The notes beneath the pieces were generated by a model that had not been told where the DNA came from, made no database searches, and saw nothing but the letters and a program-made list of their open reading frames with translations. A stretch of 64,000 bases of DNA from Escherichia coli phage vB_EcoS_Ace. Position 1 is the stretch's first letter, and every line of letters begins with the position of its first letter. The position numbers and the translations under genes were made by a program. This document shows positions 19,518 through 29,095 of this stretch, piece after piece. The stretch is taken from sequence record MT833283.1. One strand, 5' to 3'.

Positions 19518-19934
19518 TTAGTGTGCTTGATGTGGGAATCTCTTCCTAACTAAGTACATAGTTATTGGATATATTGAATACATAAGTATAGGGGAGAAAA
19601 GGGTGAAATAAGCCGTGACTCCCCCAGCTAACATCAGTGGTATCAATGCTAGAGTAAGGGCCATAAGAATCATACCGAATGAGACAGCCAGGGCTACTGT
19701 GATGCAGTTCTCTAACTCCATCCAAAGCCAACAATATTTCGTATTCCTCTGGCAGTTGCATTTGCAAACGCCGAATGTGCCCATAATTATATACTCTAGC
19801 CCATGAACGACTTTCTTTAATGTATCATTTTGGGTAACTAGTGCGACAACAGTGAGAATTATCATTAAGATGAAAACTACTAGGCTTATTTTCCATATTC
19901 CTAGTAATATCATGGTGAATAGTTCTGCAAACAT
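19518..19934 (-). CDS. multi-pass membrane protein (138 aa)
   Basis: ORF in track; several hydrophobic helices. Confidence 0.5.
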   Translation of the reverse strand: MFAELFTMILLGIWKISLVVFILMIILTVVALVTQNDTLKKVVHGLEYIIMGTFGVCKCNCQRNTKYCWLWMELENCITVALAVSFGMILMALTLALIPLMLAGGVTAYFTLFSPILMYSIYPITMYLVRKRFPHQAH

Positions 19935-20009
19935 GGCTTTCTCCTATCATTAAGTTTTTAAAGCCCCCTTTGCTTTAAAAGGCGGGAATTACCCCGCCTT
20001 GATTTATTA

Positions 20010-20423
20010 TCAGACTAATTCTACGTGACCACCGTCGTAAGTACCACGATCGATCTCATCATGATAATCACCAGAACTATTCCAGTCGGCACCAAAACGA
20101 AGTTTGACACCAAGTTCCTTACCAGCTTGTTCAAAAGCCTTCTTAACAGCCCAAAATGCTTCCAGATCTTTCCAATCAATCTTACCATTAATATATGGTG
20201 CAAAATCGATAGCGTCTCCAGTTACATGCTTACTTTTGCTAGGGTCTTTCAAAAATGAAGTACCATTAGCAATGTTTTGGGCACTTTGTGCTACTGTACG
20301 AATACCTTGTACGATTGTGAAATCATATGGGGATAGTTCTAAAGCCCTACGAGCTACCTTTTGTAGCTCGGGCTTAACAGTTGCTAATTGTTTTTCGCTA
20401 TTTTTACCAAATTTAAAACTCAT
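20010..20423 (-). CDS. lys: endolysin (L-alanyl-D-glutamate peptidase-type, T5 Lys-like)
   Basis: 137-aa ORF matching T5 endolysin size and sequence as recalled; directly downstream of holin-like gene. Confidence 0.7.
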   Translation of the reverse strand: MSFKFGKNSEKQLATVKPELQKVARRALELSPYDFTIVQGIRTVAQSAQNIANGTSFLKDPSKSKHVTGDAIDFAPYINGKIDWKDLEAFWAVKKAFEQAGKELGVKLRFGADWNSSGDYHDEIDRGTYDGGHVELV

Positions 20424-21076
20424 ATAGATCTACCTAATGATCTTTGCTGCGGTGAGCAAAGCTTTGTTAAGTACTCCTTAAATTGTTCCGAGTCAGCTGT
20501 ATCTACGGGTTTATCCTTCCAGGCAATACCTATGTATCCAGCATAGATATTATTTAGGTTGAAATACGGACAAGTATAGACGTAATTAAAAGTAACGTTC
20601 TTAAACGCGGGTATATTTGACCCCATATATTTATTTACTTTTACACTTAAATCCGAAGCGTAGTTAAAGCCTTCCAGGTGACGTCTATAAAGTTCAGACG
20701 TCTTGTTTACTGCTTTATCGGCCAAGTCAGCCCTATCCAATTGCGCATTGCTTTCCCATGCAATAATGTTAGAATAATCGTTTATAGCATCGGGTTTATA
20801 CTTGACTACAAAAACAGCATCCGCACCCGTCTGAGAGAAAAGGACCATGCTCTTTTCTCGTGCTACATTAGGAAAGTTATCTATCCTTTGGGTTTGAACA
20901 TCCTGTAAAACCGCAGACGTGGAGAAAGTCTTTAAAAATGACATCACCTCGCTAGTGTTACTTACAAACAAGAAAATAATGACAGCAACTAAGATAGTTA
21001 GCAGACGTTTTAGTAGCGAAGCTGGATCTTTCGCTTCTTGGAGCAGTACCGTTAATAGTTGTAGAAACTTTTCCAC
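20420..21076 (-). CDS. hol: holin-like membrane protein (218 aa)
   Basis: N-terminal TM segment; ATGA overlap with endolysin gene; T5 holin-like size. Confidence 0.55.
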   Translation of the reverse strand: MEKFLQLLTVLLQEAKDPASLLKRLLTILVAVIIFLFVSNTSEVMSFLKTFSTSAVLQDVQTQRIDNFPNVAREKSMVLFSQTGADAVFVVKYKPDAINDYSNIIAWESNAQLDRADLADKAVNKTSELYRRHLEGFNYASDLSVKVNKYMGSNIPAFKNVTFNYVYTCPYFNLNNIYAGYIGIAWKDKPVDTADSEQFKEYLTKLCSPQQRSLGRSI

Positions 21077-21232
21077 TTGTAACCTCCTCTAACCATTACC
21101 ATTATACTAATTCTAGAGGAAAATTACAACGTGTTTTTAAAGATCACTTCTGGAGCATAATTTTTTGTCGTTGTCAAGAAGAATTTTAGGCAAAAGAAAA
21201 GCCAGAGTTGTTAAACTCTGGCTTAAAACTAC

Positions 21233-21832
21233 TTACACTTCTCCATGTTCTTCTGGATGCGGAGCTTGAGCTTTACTATATTGCTCTTTGCGATAATTCG
21301 CCAAAATTTCAATACGCTTATTGATTTCTTTGCTGTTGAGGTAGATATTCTTATTCTCTTTTACCATGTCCTCGATCTCGTCAATAGAGAAGAACGGGAA
21401 GTAAACATCGAGCATCATATCTTCTACAAACTGGTTGTAAGATTCATAGGCTTTCTTGATTTCTTGACCTTTCTCACAGAATCCGCCAGAGAACGTATGT
21501 CCCATAAGCGTAGCATGTGGATGTACAACCCAACCGTGGCAAGACAGGAAGATTGTGCAGTAAGCAGAAGCACTAGGACCGAGCAGGTGTCCAATAACCG
21601 TTCCACGACAGTTAGCGATTAGGTTAGATAGTTGTGCAGCAGTATCAACGTAACCACCAGGCCCATTAATCATCAGATTAATTTCATCATCTTCACCAGC
21701 CTGCATCAGTATCATGGATAGGTCACGATACTCATCCGGTGAGCCTAATTCTTCATCAAAGAAAAAGGTATATTCGTTAGATTGGCGAACAGTGTGAAAC
21801 AGGTTAGTCTTTTCTTCTTTCTTATTAGTCAT
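21233..21832 (-). CDS. ClpP-like serine protease (199 aa)
   Basis: ClpP-like core (NGPGGYV...LGPSASAY). Confidence 0.55.
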   Translation of the reverse strand: MTNKKEEKTNLFHTVRQSNEYTFFFDEELGSPDEYRDLSMILMQAGEDDEINLMINGPGGYVDTAAQLSNLIANCRGTVIGHLLGPSASAYCTIFLSCHGWVVHPHATLMGHTFSGGFCEKGQEIKKAYESYNQFVEDMMLDVYFPFFSIDEIEDMVKENKNIYLNSKEINKRIEILANYRKEQYSKAQAPHPEEHGEV

Positions 21833-21844
21833 AGTGATCCTTAA

Positions 21845-22597
21845 TTATCCAACTAGTGGTTCTAGCTCTAAGTCACAGAAGTGGTACACATCGGTACGAA
21901 GTGCATCAAGTCCGTTGAAGGTATTCTCAAATTTATGAGAAATGTATTTTTCAGGAATACCGCTTTCAGACGGATGATCTGTCTCGATGCGATACTTATT
22001 AGTAATACCAGATTCAACCTTAATAAGCATGGAATCCATATCTAGAGTATTGGTTTCCATGATTAGCTCTCCCTCATTGGGGAAACGCACATCGGTAACG
22101 ATTGCGACGTCTGGGTAGTCTTTATCGATGGATTGCTCCAGAATTATGAGCCAAATGCGTTCATGCACCAGCTGCCTTCCTAACTCAGTACCTACAAGCT
22201 GTAGCATTTTTCTTGGGGAGATAAATACGCTATACAGCGCATCATCAGCTTGCCCAATTAACTGCTGAGGATCAAGGTATTTTCCTTCAAATATCGGCCA
22301 AACGTACGAGAAGTCCTCAAACTTATCGATACCATACTTAAACCATACGTCTCTAGCTAGCTCCAATTGAGATTGTGTGACTGTAAACCATTGGTCAATC
22401 TCTTTTCCCCTGCGCTCTCCCAGAAACTCTGGAGTTACCCCGAGGATTACGGATGCAAGTTCGTAAACGGGTTTAGCAAAACTGTAACGACGGGATAAAC
22501 ACGTTGGGAACGTGTCATTACACCAGTCAATCATTAATTCTGCAACGGTATCTTTTCCCGCACCAGCCTCACCATGTAAACCGACTAATACTGACAT
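21845..22597 (-). CDS. dnk: deoxynucleoside monophosphate kinase (P-loop)
   Basis: Walker A GEAGAGKDT at N-terminus; 250 aa as for T5 dNMP kinase as recalled. Confidence 0.6.
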   Translation of the reverse strand: MSVLVGLHGEAGAGKDTVAELMIDWCNDTFPTCLSRRYSFAKPVYELASVILGVTPEFLGERRGKEIDQWFTVTQSQLELARDVWFKYGIDKFEDFSYVWPIFEGKYLDPQQLIGQADDALYSVFISPRKMLQLVGTELGRQLVHERIWLIILEQSIDKDYPDVAIVTDVRFPNEGELIMETNTLDMDSMLIKVESGITNKYRIETDHPSESGIPEKYISHKFENTFNGLDALRTDVYHFCDLELEPLVG

Positions 22598-22950
22598 TAA
22601 TCTTTCCTATTTGTAATGGGTGGATAGTAAACTAAGCAACGTTTTTCTTGTAAATCTTGACGATAGAAGCAAACCATACCGGTCAGTCGTGAAATGTAAG
22701 AGTAAACTGCTTCCTCGCATTTTGCTTTTGCATTCCAATCTTTGTAAGGTACAACAACTACTACGCCATCTTCACCATTTGTAGCTAATTTCTTTTCGAA
22801 TTTGAAATCAAAACTACAAGGCTGAAGTCCTTTAGGCCAATCGACATGAGCTTGCTTTAACTCATGGGATGGCTCTGGTTTTATTTCTTCTGCACAGCCT
22901 GTGATTGTGATTGCGGCTGCGAGCAGTACTCCAAGTTTCCAGTTAAACAC
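22597..22950 (-). CDS. lipoprotein (117 aa); candidate o-spanin
   Basis: lipobox ITGC after signal peptide; start embedded in the 3' end of the upstream TM/coiled-coil ORF. Confidence 0.4.
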   Translation of the reverse strand: MFNWKLGVLLAAAITITGCAEEIKPEPSHELKQAHVDWPKGLQPCSFDFKFEKKLATNGEDGVVVVVPYKDWNAKAKCEEAVYSYISRLTGMVCFYRQDLQEKRCLVYYPPITNRKD

Positions 22951-23330
22951 GCTAATCTTTCCTCGAACTCTTTATTCTGCTTTTTAGCAATTAATGTTAC
23001 CAATCCAGGCTTTGCAGCGATAACATCTTGACGATTAAGAGCTTTATCTAACTGCTTAATCTTTTTGTCTAGATCTGCTTGCGAAATATTATTCATTGTG
23101 AAATACTGGTTCATTCGAGTCTCCCGAAGTTCACTTTCAGTTTTCACCTTATTAAGGGAAGTCTCTAGAGAGGAGATCTTTTTAGCCGCAACTGCAAGAT
23201 CACCTGCTAGAGTCTCAACCTTATTTACTAAGTGATAAGCACCGAATCCGATGCCTATCGCTAGACCTGCTCCCAGGATATACCACTTACCTTGCCATAT
23301 TCCTGAAAGAAGTTTTTGTATCAAATCCAT
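22881..23330 (-). CDS. N-terminal TM plus coiled-coil protein (149 aa); candidate i-spanin
   Basis: single N-terminal TM helix followed by coiled-coil-like periplasmic region. Confidence 0.4.
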   Translation of the reverse strand: MDLIQKLLSGIWQGKWYILGAGLAIGIGFGAYHLVNKVETLAGDLAVAAKKISSLETSLNKVKTESELRETRMNQYFTMNNISQADLDKKIKQLDKALNRQDVIAAKPGLVTLIAKKQNKEFEERLACLTGNLEYCSQPQSQSQAVQKK

Positions 23331-23985
23331 GCGCTGCTAACCTGTCTTTATCTGATACGGTAATCATATCAGGCTCACCAGTTCCTAGTACACCGAAGAT
23401 ATACTGTTCGAGAACTTGGTGTAAACGGTATAAGTTACTTTCAATTTCCTGCCATGGAATACCTGACTGGTGGAAACGAATGTTTGTCTGAATTACGAAG
23501 TTACGAACATCATCGTTATCGTTTTTCTTAATACCTTTCACATATGCAATTGGTACGCGCAGTTCAGATAAGATACGTTCTGCTTTAGGTTTTGCTTCAA
23601 CCAACATATCTCGCATGGTTTCACGAACATCACCACGATTCTTGTCTAGTAAGTAAGAACGGGCATATAATCCCATTTCTTCCATTTTATCAAATACAGC
23701 ATCGATGTTGAACGTTTTGAAACTGAATGCCGGATGCCAGCAGGACAGCTCATGTAACCAGTAAACTTCACCTGCAATAAACAGCGGATTTACTGAGTAT
23801 TCGAAATCACCACGGAAGGATAAGGAACCTTCACGAAACACCTGACGATTATGAACAATATTCTTTTCTACATCGTCGGTTACTTTTACTAGCAGCTCTT
23901 CAGTTTTACGCTCCCAGACACGATCTGGATCAAATAAACTATTCTGCAAATCGTATACATCATTGAACTTTGAAATGATTCTCAT
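23287..23985 (-). CDS. hypothetical protein (232 aa)
   Basis: ORF in track; promoter-like cassette 24017-24045 upstream. Confidence 0.55.
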   Translation of the reverse strand: MRIISKFNDVYDLQNSLFDPDRVWERKTEELLVKVTDDVEKNIVHNRQVFREGSLSFRGDFEYSVNPLFIAGEVYWLHELSCWHPAFSFKTFNIDAVFDKMEEMGLYARSYLLDKNRGDVRETMRDMLVEAKPKAERILSELRVPIAYVKGIKKNDNDDVRNFVIQTNIRFHQSGIPWQEIESNLYRLHQVLEQYIFGVLGTGEPDMITVSDKDRLAAHGFDTKTSFRNMAR

Positions 23986-24016
23986 AAATTATCCTTTTGC
24001 CTCAATCTATAAACAT

Positions 24017-24045
24017 ATTATACAATACTTGTGGCATCTGAGCAA
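24017..24045 (-). promoter_or_regulatory. sigma70 promoter (TATAAT / TTGCTC)
   Basis: minus strand; 17-bp spacer. Confidence 0.5.
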
Positions 24046-24130
24046 CTGAAATTTTATTACAAAAATAGCCCAGTCGCAAAATTGCAGGCTGGGCTTTGTC
24101 ATTATTATTCTTGCTAGGAGGTGATTATCA

Positions 24131-24520
24131 TCACTCTTGTTTACTTAATTCTCTAGCACGACGTAGCGATCCAGCGGTTCTCCATAGTTTAATGTCGTCA
24201 ACAACTTCTTTGTAGGGAGCAATAGTAAGACCTAGCGGCCCCGCTACCAACAGTCCAAAGAAACCAATTACACGCATGTAAAGCAAGCATTCTTTGGGAG
24301 TCATTGACTGGACAGCCTGTCTTTCCTCAGCACTGTCGAACTCGTGTTCTCGATCGTCTAAACGTAGGTACTTAATAAACCATTCAGCAGAATATTCATC
24401 CAGATGACGAATAACTGCAATAGCATAGCCTAAACCAATAATAAACCATGCTGCTACAATGAATAAAATAAAGCTCATGATATCTCCAGTTAAAGTTGAG
24501 GTCAGCGACCAACTCACCAC
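24131..24520 (-). CDS. membrane protein (129 aa)
   Basis: ORF in track; hydrophobic helices. Confidence 0.5.
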   Translation of the reverse strand: MVSWSLTSTLTGDIMSFILFIVAAWFIIGLGYAIAVIRHLDEYSAEWFIKYLRLDDREHEFDSAEERQAVQSMTPKECLLYMRVIGFFGLLVAGPLGLTIAPYKEVVDDIKLWRTAGSLRRARELSKQE

Positions 24521-24595
24521 TTACCGCACTAAAGGGGCACGACTCCCTTATCCGTAACAGTTGCAGGTGACGCAACTCGGTCCTACGCGAGTTCT

Positions 24596-24880
24596 TTACT
24601 TGCTCTGCATTTCAGCGCGAAACTTTTTCATCTTACGAGTTTTACGGAAGAAGAAGTAAGTAGCTACTGGCCCGAACAAGGTGTCCATGATAAGCATACC
24701 TGACATAATGAATTTGAACATCTTTTCATTGTCAAATTCTGCTAATTCTGGTGGACGATATTTGTTTATAACATAAAGAATAACATCTTTATTTTTAGAG
24801 ATATACAGATCATCAATCAGGCTGTAAATCGCGACAACTGCACCAATAACAAACCACAAAGCAAATGGAGAGATAATCAT
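24596..24880 (-). CDS. membrane protein (94 aa)
   Basis: ORF in track. Confidence 0.5.
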   Translation of the reverse strand: MIISPFALWFVIGAVVAIYSLIDDLYISKNKDVILYVINKYRPPELAEFDNEKMFKFIMSGMLIMDTLFGPVATYFFFRKTRKMKKFRAEMQSK

Positions 24881-25170
24881 TTAAGATCCTTTTCATCAAT
24901 TAGAATAGTAACAAACAATGGTACACAACCTGGGCACAAATCTTTACCAAACTTTTCCATCACATCCCAAAGTGGTAAAGTAATCACACCATTCTTAACT
25001 CTAGGATCTGTATACTCAGCTATTCGTTTATTTGCAAAATCAGTAGCTAAATCTGAGTTATGCTCGTAGCTATAATCAGTCCAGAATTTAACATGATCCT
25101 TTCTAAGATATTCTAGTACAGCATCAGTTGCTGGAATCTGTACTAGACTGTTGAGATTTAGCTCTTTCAC
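24877..25170 (-). CDS. hypothetical protein (97 aa)
   Basis: ORF in track. Confidence 0.5.
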   Translation of the reverse strand: MKELNLNSLVQIPATDAVLEYLRKDHVKFWTDYSYEHNSDLATDFANKRIAEYTDPRVKNGVITLPLWDVMEKFGKDLCPGCVPLFVTILIDEKDLK

Positions 25171-25621
25171 GTTCTTCTCTCCGACGTTTGCGTTCTTTCA
25201 TCATGTAAGCTGCTACAACTTCATGATAGTAGTCATTAATGTTATCTTCTGGCAAGAAATGTTTAATTGTTTCTAGCTGACAGATAACACGGTAAAGATG
25301 TTTATTTGGTAGACATAGTTTCATGCCCATAACAAATCCAGAGAAGCCTGGAACACTGAACATGGGTTGGGCTTCTACGTTGCCCTCTGGATTGATACTA
25401 AGTTCAATCGAGATGCCCATTTTCATGCTATAAAGCTGACAGCCTTCACCATTGCCAAATCTTGACCAAACAGTGAAGTCCTCATCTATCTGATCTTGGA
25501 TTTCTTCGACTGCATGTTTAATTCTAGGGTCTAAATTACTCATCTTCACCTTCAAAGCCGCAGTCATAACGGCAAGTAAAAGAATCAGAACTATTAGTAC
25601 GTTGAGTAGTGATTTCACCAC
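25124..25621 (-). CDS. hypothetical protein (165 aa), N-terminal hydrophobic segment
   Basis: ORF in track. Confidence 0.45.
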   Translation of the reverse strand: MVKSLLNVLIVLILLLAVMTAALKVKMSNLDPRIKHAVEEIQDQIDEDFTVWSRFGNGEGCQLYSMKMGISIELSINPEGNVEAQPMFSVPGFSGFVMGMKLCLPNKHLYRVICQLETIKHFLPEDNINDYYHEVVAAYMMKERKRRREERERAKSQQSSTDSSN

Positions 25622-25835
25622 GTTTACTAACAGTAACAGCCGGAGTAGAGAAGTTTTTATTAGTATATATTTCTACTTTGCCATTACGTTCTTTTACATC
25701 ACGTACTTTACCATATTCGGTGGTAATGCCATTCTGCTGAACTTTAACATTACCATTTTTCATAGAAACTTTGGTAGATGCCAGAGAACCGAAACTAACT
25801 GCTGAAATTACTAGAGCAATAATAAACTTATTCAT
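25536..25835 (-). CDS. secreted protein (99 aa)
   Basis: N-terminal signal peptide. Confidence 0.45.
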   Translation of the reverse strand: MNKFIIALVISAVSFGSLASTKVSMKNGNVKVQQNGITTEYGKVRDVKERNGKVEIYTNKNFSTPAVTVSKRGEITTQRTNSSDSFTCRYDCGFEGEDE

Positions 25836-26107
25836 TATTCTTCTCCTTCACAATCGGAACAGTAGGAACCTTCTTCAGAACGATCATGCTCTGGACACCA
25901 CCAATTACAGTTACCACACTGGAAGACTTCAGCACTACTACAAGTTTCCATTAGAAGATCTTCAATTTCAGTATCTTCCATATGTACGCCTTTCTCGGCT
26001 AACATTTCCTGAAATACTATAGCAGACTCGAATAAACTATTGCAACTGCCTTGCATATAGGAAACGATGAATATTCTAGCCATTTCATTAATTTCTGCTT
26101 CTTTCAT
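25835..26107 (-). CDS. Cys-rich protein (90 aa)
   Basis: CGNCNWWC...CSDC cluster; promoter cassette upstream. Confidence 0.5.
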   Translation of the reverse strand: MKEAEINEMARIFIVSYMQGSCNSLFESAIVFQEMLAEKGVHMEDTEIEDLLMETCSSAEVFQCGNCNWWCPEHDRSEEGSYCSDCEGEE

Positions 26108-26137
26108 TTCAAAGCCCTCTCATCAATTTATATAAAT

Positions 26138-26166
26138 ATTATATCAAAAGGAGAGGGTTTTAGCAA
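26138..26166 (-). promoter_or_regulatory. sigma70 promoter (TATAAT / TTGCTA)
   Basis: minus strand; 17-bp spacer. Confidence 0.6.
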
Positions 26167-26183
26167 ATGAATTATTTACGAAA

Positions 26184-26579
26184 TTAGTCGTAGCACCACC
26201 ATAACCCACGCTTACGCAGATCATGATCGCGATTATAGTCGTAATTTTCTGGATCTTTCATCACACGATGAAGTTCGCGATGGTTTCCCTGACGAACCAT
26301 TTTGTTAGAATGCCACTTAACATTCCTACTAACAGAATCCCACCAGTGCCCATCTTTCTTCTCGTTACGGATGATATTTTCCTGAATCTCCTTCTCAATT
26401 TCATCCCAAGTTTTAGCCCATGCTTCATTGGATCGAACTTGATAATACTTCCACTGCTTACCCTCCCTATCCGTGTAGATATACGGAATACGGATATTAG
26501 TGCTATGAAAATTATAAGTAGAACGATGTGCATCACGCCAGTGACGATCACCAGATTGTTTACGATATGTACGGCTCAT
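26184..26579 (-). CDS. basic Trp-rich protein (131 aa)
   Basis: ORF in track. Confidence 0.5.
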   Translation of the reverse strand: MSRTYRKQSGDRHWRDAHRSTYNFHSTNIRIPYIYTDREGKQWKYYQVRSNEAWAKTWDEIEKEIQENIIRNEKKDGHWWDSVSRNVKWHSNKMVRQGNHRELHRVMKDPENYDYNRDHDLRKRGLWWCYD

Positions 26580-26637
26580 ATTACCTCCATTAAGTCTTTT
26601 AAATTAACTTAATGTGGGCGAACTTCAAAATATAACA

Positions 26638-26823
26638 TCAGTAATCTCCGTTGTCGTTGTATACTACCACACCACTCGGGAGTTCTTCTACTGTCACATC
26701 CTCGAATTCTATAGAACTTCTATGGTTTCTAGCCAGTTCGATTGCTTCTTCTGCAGTTTCTGCAACGACAATAGCTGTACCACCTAACCACGGGCCGCTA
26801 TAGTTCACTTTAAAAATTTTCAT
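26638..26823 (-). CDS. hypothetical protein (61 aa)
   Basis: ORF in track. Confidence 0.4.
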   Translation of the reverse strand: MKIFKVNYSGPWLGGTAIVVAETAEEAIELARNHRSSIEFEDVTVEELPSGVVVYNDNGDY

Positions 26824-26888
26824 TTCGAAAATCCTACATACAAGAAAACCCCAGACTACCTATTCAATAGCTGGGGGTTTATTATTAA

Positions 26889-27188
26889 TTAGATAATTTC
26901 GACAATATCCTGAGTTACAAAACTGTCGAATTCATCAGAGATACCACCTGTAAAGGTGATGCCCATAATCATTGCATCCATCTTTTTAATCTCCGAGATT
27001 TTCATACCTGCTTTACTATTCTTATAGTATTTGCGAGGATTCCCACACATCCAACAAGAACAGATGCAAGGAGTGGTAGTGATAATGCCTAACCGCTTAG
27101 GACTTTCTTCATGTGGGAAGACTGTCCAATACTTTTTGCGATTGTTTTTCACACGTTGCCGGTGATGGCGTCTTAATGCTCGATCCAC
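26889..27188 (-). CDS. Cys-rich protein (99 aa)
   Basis: CICSCWMCGNP motif. Confidence 0.45.
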   Translation of the reverse strand: MDRALRRHHRQRVKNNRKKYWTVFPHEESPKRLGIITTTPCICSCWMCGNPRKYYKNSKAGMKISEIKKMDAMIMGITFTGGISDEFDSFVTQDIVEII

Positions 27189-27269
27189 ACATTTCTCCTA
27201 AAACTTGGGAGATAAATGGAGTTTGCTCGACTACCTTGCGTAGCTGGGAGAAATCGTATCCAAACCCCA

Positions 27270-27638
27270 TTATATCGCCTGAGTAAATGTACGACTAATA
27301 ACGTCGTTCTGTTGTTCACGCGTCAATGCGTTAAATCGAACAGCATAGCCAGAGACACGGATGGTCAACTGAGGATATTTTTCAGGATGTTTCTGTGCAT
27401 CCAAAAGCTGATCACGGCTTAACACATTGACATTTAGGTGCTGACCACCCTCGACTTGAGGAACCACTTCCACATCTACAATGCGAAAGGCCTCAGGGTC
27501 AAAGTGAGGTGTGATACCTTCTAGATCTTCGACTAGAACTTTCTGTTTAAGTTCACCATCTTTAGAATATAGTTGAATGATCTGATTGTTATGAACAATG
27601 TTAATTACGCCAGACTTAAGACTTTGATATGCTTTCAT
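27270..27638 (-). CDS. grcA: autonomous glycyl-radical cofactor (GrcA/YfiD-like)
   Basis: C-terminal block [11 protein letters not shown]...[20 protein letters not shown] nearly identical to E. coli YfiD as recalled, including glycyl-radical motif RVSGY. Confidence 0.7.
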   Translation of the reverse strand: MKAYQSLKSGVINIVHNNQIIQLYSKDGELKQKVLVEDLEGITPHFDPEAFRIVDVEVVPQVEGGQHLNVNVLSRDQLLDAQKHPEKYPQLTIRVSGYAVRFNALTREQQNDVISRTFTQAI

Positions 27639-28000
27639 TAGATCTCCCTGATGTTAGAATTTGGCTCAGCTTTTTGTTAACCCAGAAGCAAGATAAAAAC
27701 TGGAAGGCAGGCTTGCTTATTATCTAATCACTAGCTACTGTTGGGGTGCTAGCATTCCGGTGAGATTGATGGTCTCGATTAGATAAATAAGCACTGGAAC
27801 TTTGATTTTAACGTTGCGATCTTCCAGGTCTGTTGCAACTACGTGATTGCTCACGCTAAGACAATGGCTATCTAAAGTCCTAGCTTCTACATTTATACTC
27901 CTGGATAGCATGGAGTTGCAGTCTACTTCCTGCTGTCACGCCCGGCCATTTATAGAATGTGGACTCTCTTCTCAGCAGGATCTGGTACAATGACCTGATC

Positions 28001-28073
28001 CTCTGTTTAGTAGTTAGTAGTGGATTTGAACCACTGTAGTCACTCCATATGAAGGAGGTGCATAACCACTCTG
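28001..28073 (-). tRNA. tRNA-Met or Ile-lysidine (anticodon CAU)
   Basis: cloverleaf by hand; acceptor AGTTAGT/ACTAACT; T-loop TTCAAAT; anticodon loop TTCATAT; CCA not encoded. Confidence 0.6.
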
Positions 28074-28079
28074 CCAACT

Positions 28080-28155
28080 AACTATAATTTGGTACTCCGA
28101 CTTGGGATCGAACCAAGATTTGACGATTATCGGTCGCCTGTTCTAACCTGTTGAA
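28080..28155 (-). tRNA. tRNA-Ile (GAU)
   Basis: cloverleaf by hand; anticodon loop CCGATAA; T-loop TTCGATC; CCA encoded. Confidence 0.65.
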
Positions 28156-28166
28156 CTATCAGAGCA

Positions 28167-28460
28167 TTACATCATTTCATCTAAGTAAGAAGTATACTGG
28201 TATTTAGCTTCACCAGTCTTATCTACTTCTACCTCAGTTCGTGGTACTTTACGAACTAGACCGTGAATCATCTTATAGTTAATAGACTTAGATGGTTCGT
28301 GATCTTTTGGAAAGACTTGTTTAACCGTTACTACTTTGAAGCCTTCACGAGGTGTTAATACAACAACTTGATCACCTTCTTTAATTTTCCAGGACTCAGG
28401 AAATTCATAAGTGTAGCGTTGACCACCCGTTTGGAATACGACAGAAAGATAACGTTTCAT
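28167..28460 (-). CDS. hypothetical protein (97 aa)
   Basis: ORF in track; promoter cassette upstream. Confidence 0.5.
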   Translation of the reverse strand: MKRYLSVVFQTGGQRYTYEFPESWKIKEGDQVVVLTPREGFKVVTVKQVFPKDHEPSKSINYKMIHGLVRKVPRTEVEVDKTGEAKYQYTSYLDEMM

Positions 28461-28490
28461 TTGGTTTCCCTCTCATTAATTTATATAAAT

Positions 28491-28519
28491 ATTATAACAA
28501 GAAATAAGAGAGAAGGCAA
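28491..28519 (-). promoter_or_regulatory. sigma70 promoter (TATAAT / TTGCCT)
   Basis: minus strand; 17-bp spacer. Confidence 0.55.
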
Positions 28520-28534
28520 ATGAATTTTTAAATT

Positions 28535-28609
28535 TGGTGCTCCCACCAGGAATCGAACCCGGTTCAGATGCTTACAAGGCAACTGCATCGCCAGCAATGC
28601 TTTAGGAGC
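28535..28609 (-). tRNA. tRNA-Thr (UGU)
   Basis: cloverleaf by hand; anticodon loop CTTGTAA; one mismatch in anticodon stem. Confidence 0.55.
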
Positions 28610-28776
28610 AATAAACCCATTATTTCAACGGGATTTCTTTTTCATATACAGGAGACTTATATGATATTACTGTCATAGCCAACTGCTGTAGAAATTCGAA
28701 TGAGAGTTTTAAACGCTCTTCTCCTAACCCAACCTCAACGCACTTCATTCGTTTATCTACTTTTAGCTTTAGATTA

Positions 28777-28998
28777 TCAGCCATCTTTGGATTCTCTTTG
28801 CTCAGCTATTGCTAGCCAGTCTGGTAAAAGAAACTTAGTACGAAATTCTTCATATGTTTCTTCTGGATGAAAGCTATAGCCTTGCTTTTCATCATTTAAT
28901 AAAACCGAACCATCTTCTTGCTCATAAGCTCTATATGTTTCACCAATAATTAAAACTCGTCTATTGGGGTTTTTATTACGAAACTCAAAAACGTCCAT
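28777..28998 (-). CDS. hypothetical protein (73 aa)
   Basis: ORF in track, between tRNA genes. Confidence 0.4.
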   Translation of the reverse strand: MDVFEFRNKNPNRRVLIIGETYRAYEQEDGSVLLNDEKQGYSFHPEETYEEFRTKFLLPDWLAIAEQRESKDG

Positions 28999-29014
28999 AA
29001 CGTTTCCTTATATT

Positions 29015-29089
29015 TGGTGCGGGATACGAGAGTCGAACTCGTGTCTACTGGTTGGAAGCCAGTTATTCTAGCCACTGAACTAATCACGC
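29015..29089 (-). tRNA. tRNA-Gly (UCC)
   Basis: cloverleaf by hand; anticodon arm ACTGG-CTTCCAA-CCAGT. Confidence 0.6.
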
Positions 29090-29095
29090 ATAAAT

